DNA of 64,000 nt from the human T2T-CHM13v2.0 reference genome, Homo sapiens, in the NCBI RefSeq assembly GCF_009914755.1, contig NC_060946.1; one strand, written 5' to 3'. Below the pieces are notes generated by a model, which saw only the letters and a list, made by a program, of their open reading frames with translations, did no database searches and was not told the DNA's origin. Position 1 is the stretch's first letter. Each line of letters opens with the position of its first letter. Shown here one piece after another: positions 39,850 through 64,000 of the stretch. Made by a program: the position numbers and the translations under genes.

Positions 39850-40760
39850 CACGGGTCCCTCCAGCAGCCAAGGCCCCACGGCGGCCAGGGCAGGGCCCAG
39901 GTGCCCCCGGGTGCTGGGCTCTGGCGCGCCCCCCGGGCAGGAGGGCTGGGTCCCCGCTGCAGACTGCCAGGGCGTAAGTAGCGGTCACCACGTAGCTCGC
40001 CCAGGCCCTTGTGGGGTGGGGTGGGGCGCGGCGGGCTGGGCGGGCGAAGTGGGTGCGGCCGGGTGCGGCCCGGGTCCCGCGTCACCTCCCGCAGGCCAGC
40101 CCGCCCCCTCGCCGCCGGGTCCCAGTCCCTCGCGACGCCCCGCGGCCCCGGCGCCCCCTCCCCGCCTACCGTGCTGAGCTGGGCCCCCATGGTGGCCCCG
40201 CGCCGCGCTCGCTCTGTCGCCGCCGCCGCCGCCGCCGAGACCGTCGCGCCCGGGCCCGCGTCACTCCGGAGCAGGGGCGGGGCCGAGGGGCCAGGCGGGC
40301 GCGCGGGGCGGGGCGGGCGCGGGGGCGGGGACCGGGTCGCTCCGCCTGCTTCTGCCGGGGATGGAGACTGGGAACTGGGGATGCGGCCCTCTGCGCTCCG
40401 AGCTCTCCCGCCGCTGTGCTGCCCCGCGCGGGACGGTGGCCTCTCTGGGCCTCGTTCGCCGCCATAAAGGAAGCAAGATGGCGCCCCCCGGATGGGAGCG
40501 AGAATAAGAGGCGGAATCTTCCCCCGGCCTCCGAGACTGCAGGGGCCGGTCCTGCCTGGCCTGGCCTGGGCCTGTGCCTGCAGCTGCTCAGCGCGGCCCT
40601 TCCCCGGGCCTTTGAATTTGTAGTTCCCTGGGCAGCACTGTTCCCAGCTGCCTCGGGCCGGGTTAAATGCTGCGGTCTCAGCACGGCCCGCCCGGAGCCT
40701 CCTCGCCGGCGGCGCCTCCGCTCCCCACGCCATTGTCCCACTGTGGAGTGATCTTTGTCC
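39850..40760. promoter_or_regulatory. CYB5R3: CYB5R3 housekeeping CpG-island promoter
   Basis: Very high GC/CpG. Multiple GGGGCGGGG boxes 40274-40330 (G4-capable), YY1 AAGATGGCG 40475-40483, (CGC)6 tract 40218-40237. Confidence 0.9.
40170..40190 (-). CDS. CYB5R3: CYB5R3 exon 1M coding part (MGAQLST, N-myristoylation motif)
   Basis: Kozak GCCACCATGG, MGxxxS motif, donor ACG|GTAGGC. Exons 1-9 sum to 906 nt. Confidence 0.97.
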
Positions 40761-40917
40761 CACTTAGCTGAAGGCCTCCTGCGTGTTTCCCCCACTCCCA
40801 CCCCATCCCAGTGGACTGTGCGCTCCCGGAGGGCAAGGCCCTATCTGGTTTGAAGTCCCGTACATCCCCAGAGCCTAGCCACACAGAGCCTAGCATATAG
40901 TAGGTGCTCAATAAATA

Positions 40918-46560
<5,643 letters not shown>

Positions 46561-46561
46561 C

Positions 46562-46594
<33 letters not shown>

Positions 46595-47057
46595 TATCAT
46601 TAACTGAGGGTCAACAGTGTGCCCAGGGCTAGACTGGGAAACCAGAGATGAATGAGGCTCAGTCCCCAGAGACAGACACCAAGCTGAAAACGGTGGGGAG
46701 GAACACCAGGCTCTTCACTGATGTGAAATCAAGGGAGGTGACATCTGAGCTCTGAGGACCTAACACGCTGTTGTGATTTTATGCAAACGATGGAGGAAGG
46801 GCGGCGCCCTGTGATGAGCTACACGGAGCTTCTGACAGGTGCCAGGTGCTTTGCCTGTGTGGAGAGATAGGATCATGATGTTCTCTCTGTTTTCTCCTGT
46901 ATTTTCCGCTTCCCTTTCCCTGTGTTTGCTGCCCCAGGGAAATGGCGTGGTGGGGCAGAAAGCTGCAGCCTGCCAGGAGTGAGCCAGAGAAAGTTCCCTG
47001 GCCTGGGCAGAGCTCCTTGAGAACATGTGGAGGAAGAAGGGCTCCCACCTCTGACCA

Positions 47058-48342
<1,285 letters not shown>

Positions 48343-48438
48343 TAGGGGGAGGCTAAGGGAGGTCTATAGATCCTGGAGTCCAGGGGCCTTCCCAACCATG
48401 CCACGTGGGAGATGTAGTTATGACTCAAATAAATAAAA

Positions 48439-48494
<56 letters not shown>

Positions 48495-48977
48495 TATCAT
48501 TAACTGAGGGTCAACAGCGTGCCAGGGCTAGACTGGGAAACCAGAGATGAATGGTTTCCTACTGGCCTGTAGCATACCTTTCTGCAATTAGAGAAAGATG
48601 CCCTCTCTGGGGAACTGCCCCCCTCTGCCCCCCTGTTCCCTGGGCCTGACGTAGTCACACTGTTTCAAGCTCCACTTCCCACCTCTATGGGTTATTGTGC
48701 AACAAGGGAAAGATTTTTGCTGCACTTGTTTCCTGGGTGGGGTAATGCTGAAAGACAGCAGGGGTCTTCCCGGTATATATGGGCTATTAGGATCCAGGGG
48801 GATGGGAGGACAGTGGGGAGCTGCTCAATGTGAGCTGTCCCAAGCTGATTTGTGAAGATGGGCAGCCCTGCAGAAACTTGGGAGGACCAGTGACCAAGAA
48901 CCAGTCCCACCTTGTCCTTCCCCTTGAAACTCCTGAGCCTCTAGAACTGAAGTCATGTTTCCTGCCAGCCTGGCTAA

Positions 48978-49244
<267 letters not shown>

Positions 49245-49317
49245 TGACCCCGTGATCCACCCACCTCGGCCTCCCAAAGTGCTGGGATTACAGGCGTGAG
49301 CCACTGTGCCCAGCTGA

Positions 49318-49452
<135 letters not shown>

Positions 49453-49494
49453 TGAGACCATCCTGGCTAACACGGTGAAACCCCGTCTCTACTA

Positions 49495-50160
<666 letters not shown>

Positions 50161-50220
50161 TGGTGTTGGTTTTTGTTTTTTTTTTCTTTTTTCTTTTGAG
50201 ATGGAGTTTCACTCTTATAA

Positions 50221-50502
<282 letters not shown>

Positions 50503-50507
50503 TGAAA

Positions 50508-51041
50508 CAGGGGTCCCCAAACCCCAGGCCATGGACTGATACCAGTTTACGGCCTTTAGGAACTGGACCACACATCAAGAGGTGAGTGGGGGGCGAGTAA
50601 GCAGAGCTTCATCTGTATTTACAGCCGATCCGCATCGCTTGCATTACTGCCTGAGCTCGCCTTCTGTCGGATCAGCAGCAGCATTAGATTCTCATAGGAG
50701 AATCCTATCGTGAACCCTATTGTGAACGGTGCATGTGAGGGATCTAGGTTCCATACTCTTTATGAGAATCTAATGCCTGATGATCTGTCACTGTCTCCCA
50801 TCACCCCCAAATGGGACCGTCTAGTTGCAGGAAAACAAGCTCAGGGCTCCCACTGATTCTACATGATGGTGAGTTGTATAATTATTTCATTATATATTAC
50901 AATGTAATAATAATGGAAATAAAGTGCAAATAAATGTCATGTGCTTGAATCATCCTGAAACCACCCCCTCAGCCCCCCATCCGTGGAAACGTTGTCTTCT
51001 GCAAAACTGGTCCCTGGTGCCACAAAGGCTGGGGACCACTG
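50508..51041 (+). mobile_element. MER1A-like hAT-Charlie DNA transposon, full length
   Basis: TIRs caggggtcccca / ggggaccactg, 8-bp TSD ctatgaaa (50500-50507) vs ctataaaa (51042-51049), 534 bp. Confidence 0.85.
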
Positions 51042-51049
51042 CTATAAAA

Positions 51050-51993
<944 letters not shown>

Positions 51994-52019
51994 TCAGCTA
52001 ATTTTTGTATTTTTAGTAG

Positions 52020-52649
<630 letters not shown>

Positions 52650-52791
52650 CTACTAAAAATGCAAAAATTAGCCTGGAGTGGTGGCGCATGCCTGTAATCC
52701 CAGATTGCTTGAACCCGGGAGGCGGAGGCTGCAGTGAGCGGAGATCACGCCACTGCACTCCACCCTGGGCGACAGAGCCAGACTCTGTCTC

Positions 52792-52822
<31 letters not shown>

Positions 52823-52979
52823 AGAGTTGTATTATTATTTGTAGATGAAGAAAACTGGTTCTGTCCAACCAATGCAGAATAGATCTCAATGGATCTTTGA
52901 GCGTCCAGAAATAGACCTAAGTGTAAAAGGGGGCATTTGCAGTTGAGTAGGATGGGCTGGGTACTGTCGCCAGGTCTGT

Positions 52980-53760
52980 AGTCCCAGCAATTTGGGTGCG
53001 CTTGATGTCAGGTTCCGGCCTCCAGGGGGCGCGCCCGAGCCAGGAAAAGGCTCCCGGCGCCCGGCGCCCGGGGCGCGGGTCCAGCCGGCTCCATCCGAAA
53101 TCTCCACTCCCACCGGCTTCGGCTGGGGGTTCTGCCGCTGCTCTGCTCCAGCCGAGCCCCAAATCCTGCCTCCTCTACCCCTTCCTCGGACCCAGCCCGT
53201 GCCCACCTTGGGTCCCGGCAGCCTGGGAGGGGTGCGCCTCTTGGGGCTCATCCCCCACAACCTCCACGCTCTGGAGGTGTTCAGGTTCCTTCGAGTCCGT
53301 GTCCCCGAGCCCCGCGCCGCTACGGGGAGCCCTGCAGACGCCTCGGTGGGGAAGAGAGGCCGCTGTCCCGGGATGGGTGCTGCCCCTTGGGCTGCGGGGC
53401 TCCGCGGAGAGCGGCCGAGAGAGCGGGAGCCCGGGCCGGGCGGGCCGGGGTGGACGGTCGTGGGGGCTGCCGGGGAGGCCCGGGAGCGGGAGGAGGTGAC
53501 GGTCGGAGACGGGTGATTCTTGTGAGGGCACGCGGAGCCGGGGCGGGATGCGGGCCCTACCTTGTCCAGGCGCCCTCTGGATCCGGGTCTGCCTCGAGGC
53601 GGCGGAAGCCCCACGGGGCGCTGGGCGGCGCCCTCCCCTGCCTTGCCCTCGTGGGGTTACTCCCCGCAGAGCTCCCAGCTGGTCCCCCAGGACTCGTGGG
53701 GGTGAGGGGAGGGGGGTGTGAAGCTCCCGAATGGAGGCCGAGAGGGCAGCGGGGCAGGGG
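52980..53760. promoter_or_regulatory. Orphan CpG island with CTCF motifs
   Basis: CpG-rich unique sequence between Alus. ggcctccagggggcgc at 53017-53032 (+) and ccagagggcgc at 53580-53570 (-). Confidence 0.75.
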
Positions 53761-53985
53761 ATGCTCAGGAGTTCAAGTCCAGCCTGGGCAACATGGCAGG
53801 GCCCATCCCAGGGTGTCCAGGGCAAAAACAGTTCCCGCTCATGGGCTCAGAGAGGTCACGCCTGCCCCTGCCGAGGACAGAGCCTGTCACAAAGAAAACG
53901 GCACGCTCTGGAAGTTTCTTCCATCCCTTTCCACCTCCTCCTTCAAAACAGAGTCTGCGTCCTTTTGGCCGGGCTCGGTGGCTCA

Positions 53986-54318
<333 letters not shown>

Positions 54319-54446
54319 TTAACAGTTTTCCCTCAGGGTATCATTTTTATTTCATGAGAAAGTTCTGGCTAATGAGAACCCAAAACCCAAAGGAGGTGTT
54401 GATTTCAGGCACAGTGCCAGGTGCCTCTAATCCAGCCAGGAGCTAG

Positions 54447-54828
<382 letters not shown>

Positions 54829-55337
54829 TCAGCCATGGAGCCAGGCCTAGGTGCTGAGCCCAGTGGCGGTGGGAAGATGGGTTTTCTGAGCACAAACTCT
54901 GGGTTGAACCGTTTCCCAGGGAGCTTCCTGCAGAGTCTGAGCAGGTGAGGACCAAGGAGGTGAGGCCCAGGCCGATTCAGCTGGAGGAGTACACGCTGCT
55001 GCAGGACCTCAGCCATCTCAGGCCACCTGTCCTCCTGGGCCTTTCCCGTCACTGAGGCCACCTGTGCCTTCTGTGAAACACTGCCCCATTAGTTCAGAGT
55101 TCAAAGAGGGGGCTGTTACTGAGGCCGGAGGGGCCTGGGCCTGGGCTCTGACACTGATACTGACCTTGAGCTGGTGACTTAACTCCCTGAGCTTCAGTCT
55201 ACTTGTCTATAAAGTGGGAATAATTCTACCTACTCTATTCCCAGCAACCTTTTTCAATGGCCCAAGCCTCAATTGTTCTCATCTGTAAAATGGGCTTAAC
55301 CATGGCCTTTCCTGTGTATCTTACAATTTTGTAATTA

Positions 55338-55734
<397 letters not shown>

Positions 55735-55873
55735 TCATCCATTTCTCCTGGCCACCCTGGGAGGAGAAAGCCTATGTTACTGCCATCCCACAGAAGAGAA
55801 AACAGACCAGTAATTCACACACTCAGCATCACACAGGTGAACGTGCTGCAGATGCAGGCAGTCTGGCCTCACT

Positions 55874-55949
55874 GGCTGCCTCCCTCTACCCAGGCTGCCT
55901 CCCTGTACACAGGCTGCCTCCCTGTGCCCAGGCTGCCTCCCTGCGTACA
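55874..55949 (+). repeat. 19-bp x4 minisatellite (ggctgcctccctNNNNNca)
   Basis: Units start at 55874, 55893, 55912 and 55931. Confidence 0.9.
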
Positions 55950-56919
55950 GTCCACCATGCCAGGGCCCGGAGCATGGTGGCCCTCAATAAATAATGGTTG
56001 AATGAATGACACTGCAAAAGTGCCTGTAGGGTGGAGGTCCAGCACAGCTGCTCCGACGTACCCAGGTCAGACTGGAGTGGTCTGAGGGCATCCACACACC
56101 ATCCTGCTTGCTGAAGCAGGTGAGTACCACAGGTTTTGCATTGTAACATGCAAATGATGGCATGTATTTCTATCCTCATCTGAGATCTGGGACTTTTATG
56201 GGTTTCCTGGTATTCACAGGGCAAGGCCTTTGGGAGAAAGCTTGAAACCCCCTGATGTAGTTGACAGAGCATGAGTTTATCCTCAGAGAGACCACAGTTC
56301 AAATCTTGGCTGGGTGACTACTTTTATGAGCCTCACTTGCTTCGTCGTGGCAGCCCAAATTGGCCTGACGATTTCCTGCAAGTTCCTTGACACCTGGAGG
56401 AAGATCATAGTACCCAGCCCTGAGCATCACTGACTTGGCATCACAGATCACCTCTTCTAGGGAGCAATATGTGGCTGATGGAGGGGAGTGGGGATACCAG
56501 AAGAAAAAATTTAACTGCCTGGAAAGTACCTTCCTGGTGGCTTTCAGTCATCTCAGCTCCCCAGATGCCCTACTTTTTGCTGGAGTCACATGCTCTGCTC
56601 TTGCTCTCTTCGAGGTAACAGATTCTTGTCCGTTTGCAGGCAGCAACTTGAGAAATAGAAGAAGAACAGGTCTCAGACCGCATTTATTCAGATGTCAGTG
56701 TGGATAAGCACCATGCCAGTTTCTGTCCTAGGCGCAAAAACTGCCAAGATATTTTTTAAAATCTTTTACTGCGAGGCTAAGTTTATAATAAAAGAAACTA
56801 ACCTCATTGCTTAAAAAATGAAATTAGGGCCAGGCAGAGTGGCTCACGCCTGTAATCCCAGCACTTTGGGAGACTGAGGCAGGTGGATCACTTGAGGTCA
56901 GGAGTTCGAGACCAGTCTA

Positions 56920-57171
<252 letters not shown>

Positions 57172-57188
57172 TCACGCCCGTAATCCTA

Positions 57189-57641
<453 letters not shown>

Positions 57642-57847
57642 TCATTATAATCTTGAATTTTATCATAAGCAGCTAAAAGAAAATAGCTGGTTGGCCGGGC
57701 GCGGTGGCTTACGCCTGTAATCCCAGCACTTTGGGAGGCTGAGGTCAGGAGTTCAAGACCAGCCTGGCCAAAATGGTGAAACCCCGTCTTTACTAAAGAT
57801 ACAAAAATTAGCCGGTGGTGGCAGATGCCTGTAATCCTAGCTACTCA

Positions 57848-57952
<105 letters not shown>

Positions 57953-57989
57953 TCAAAAAAAAAAAGAAAGAAAATAGCTGGCATTTTCA

Positions 57990-58999
<1,010 letters not shown>

Positions 59000-59248
59000 A
59001 GCGTTCCAGTATATCTCACTTGGGTTACATAACTGGGCCTTGTTTTCTTCAGCTTCCAATAGTAATTTCCTGGGCTGGGCGCTGTGGCTCATGCCTGTTA
59101 TCCCAGCACTGGGAGGCCGAGGCAGGCAGATCATCTGAGGTCAGGAGTTCGAGACCAGCTTGACCAACATGGTGAAACTCCATCTCTACTAAAAATACAA
59201 AAAAATTAGCTGGACATGGTGGTGCATGCCTGTAATCTCAGCTACTCA

Positions 59249-59350
<102 letters not shown>

Positions 59351-59937
59351 TCAAAAACAAAACAAAACAAAAAATAAAAAAAATAAAAATAAAAAAACTC
59401 TATATTGGGCCAGATGTGGTGGCTCATGCCTGTAATCCCAGTGATTTGGGAGGCCGAGGCAGGTGGATCACCTGAGGTCAGAAGTTCGGGACTAGCCTGA
59501 CCAAAATGGTGAAACCCTGTCTCTACTAAAAATACAAAAAAATTAGCCGGCCATGGTGGCAAATGAGCAGTGAGTCAAGATGTGCCACTGTACTCCAGCC
59601 TGGACGACAAGAGTGAAACTCCATCTCAGAAAAAAAAAGAAAAAAGTAATTTCCTCACTGTTCTTTAAGCTTTCACTAACAGTTTTGTCAAGGTCCTTTC
59701 TACTCTCTGGTCCCCAGACCAATGCCAGGTGTACTTTTTGTTTCTGTACCACCCTACTTTTACGTGTCACACTGTCTTCCGGTCATTGATCATAACAAAC
59801 CACCCCAAAATTCAGTAGCTCAAAACAATAGTTGTTCATTGGCTTACAATATTGCTATATATGTGTGTGTATATATATATTTTTTTCTTTTCTTTTCTTT
59901 TCTTTCCTTTTCTTTTTTTTTTTTCTCTTTTTTTTGA

Positions 59938-60096
<159 letters not shown>

Positions 60097-60163
60097 TAGT
60101 AGAGACGGGGTTTCTCCATGTTGGTCTCCTGGCTAGGAGACTGGTCTCGAACTCCCAACCTCA

Positions 60164-60274
<111 letters not shown>

Positions 60275-60559
60275 CTAGTCTCTAACTCCTAGGCTCAAGT
60301 GATCCTCCCACCTCAGCCTCTCAAAGTGCTGGGATTACAGGCATGAGCCACCGCACCTGGCCACAGTATTGCAATTTTGTGGGCTCAGCAGGGCCATCTC
60401 TTAGCTCCATGTGGCATCAGCTGGGATACCTTGACTGGGCTGGAAGGCCCACCTCCAAGATGGCTCATTCTCCTGCCTGGGAGACTGCGGGGTGGCTGGG
60501 AGCCACTGTTACCCTCCGTGTGGACCTATCCATGGAGCTGCTTGTGAAATTGCCTGAGG

Positions 60560-62422
<1,863 letters not shown>

Positions 62423-62729
62423 AGTCGGGCTTCCTCGCAGCACGGTATTTGGGTTCCGAGAAAGGAAGTGGAAACTTCCTGTTCTCTTAATGGTCAGGCC
62501 CCGAGTGGCACATCCTTACTTCTGCCACTGTGCCAGGTCCAGGCTGGACCCAGGGAATTCGATGTAAGTTCCATGTTGTTCTGTGGTGAGCAGGTCTGTG
62601 CAAACCTACTCCCAAAGGCCCAGGAAGCTGAGAGATTCAAAGAAAGCCTCAAAGAAAGAGGCTGCCAACTGGGTGCGGTGGCTCACACCTGTAATCCCAG
62701 CACTTTGGGAGGCCAAGGCTGGTGGATCA

Positions 62730-63016
<287 letters not shown>

Positions 63017-63313
63017 TTACTAAAGACTTACACACAGAAGCCATGTCTCAGGAGGCCACGAGATTAGATGGATCCCTGTGCCCCTACCCCCAAGACCCAG
63101 GGCTTTAAATACCATGGAGAAATTGTATACATACTTTAGAAGAAGTTTGTAAGACAATTGAAGTAATTTGACTAAGGGCAGGATAATGTTGTTTTGACCT
63201 ACGGGCAGGATTTACACTACGTGCACACTCTTTTTTTTAGACAGGTTGTTGGCTGGGTGCGGTGGCTCACACCTGTAGTCCCAGCACTTTGGGCAGCCAA
63301 GGCAGGTGGATCA

Positions 63314-63607
<294 letters not shown>

Positions 63608-64000
63608 TCAAACTCCTGGGCTCAGGCAATCCTCCAGCCTCAGTCTCCTGAACGGTTTGGGACTACAGGCACACGCACCATGCCCAGCTAATTTTTAATT
63701 ATTATTATTATTTTTTTGTAGAGATGGGGTCTCACTATGTTGCCAGGGCTGGAGGTACGTGTTTTTAACAGTAGATAAAGTAGTCCTGGAACTGAGGGTA
63801 ATCAGAAGTCAACATGGCAGCTTAGCATCTAAGACGGAGTGGCTTTGGCCTCCAGATACCTCTTGTTAGGACTGGTGTATGTGTGCAGAAAGGGGAAGAA
63901 TTATTTGAAACCATCTTTGGAGATCAGCTACCACACCCCTGATTACACAAATGAAGAAGCTGAGATTCAGAGATGGGACTGGTGGCTCAGGGGACAGAGG

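Noticed and set aside
39581-40801. Multiple long ORFs over the CYB5R3 promoter other than the MGAQLST frame
   Set aside because: Stop-codon scarcity in very GC-rich and CA-repeat sequence.

Overview
Human (primate) Alu-dense genomic DNA that I recognise as the POLDIP3-RNU12-CYB5R3 locus (chr22q13.2 from recall, not database-verified). Left to right: POLDIP3 intron 1 and coding exon 1 (minus strand). Next is a compact CpG-island bidirectional promoter shared with the U12 minor-spliceosome snRNA gene (plus, 6110-6259). The complete CYB5R3 (NADH-cytochrome b5 reductase 3) gene follows on the minus strand; its nine coding exons, mapped by hand at GT/AG boundaries, sum to 906 nt (301 aa + stop). 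CYB5R3 intron 1 holds alternative first-exon candidates and the ATP5MG retrocopy ATP5MGL (ATP5L2), which is nested in a Tigger2a-like DNA transposon. The last ~23 kb is repeat-rich (Alu, LTR, MER1A, L1) with an orphan CpG island carrying CTCF motifs near 53 kb. I found no convincing new multi-gene system, and nearly all listed ORFs are Alu or GC-rich artefacts. The best second-look items are: a chimeric young AluYa5 in the long CYB5R3 3'UTR; a triple target-site nesting (Tigger2a > retrocopy > Alu); an L2-derived coding first exon; a UG-rich in-frame candidate cassette exon; a recent 179-bp tandem duplication; a two-template local insertion; and the orphan CpG island. Repeat family names come from recalled consensus sequences and repeat boundaries are approximate.
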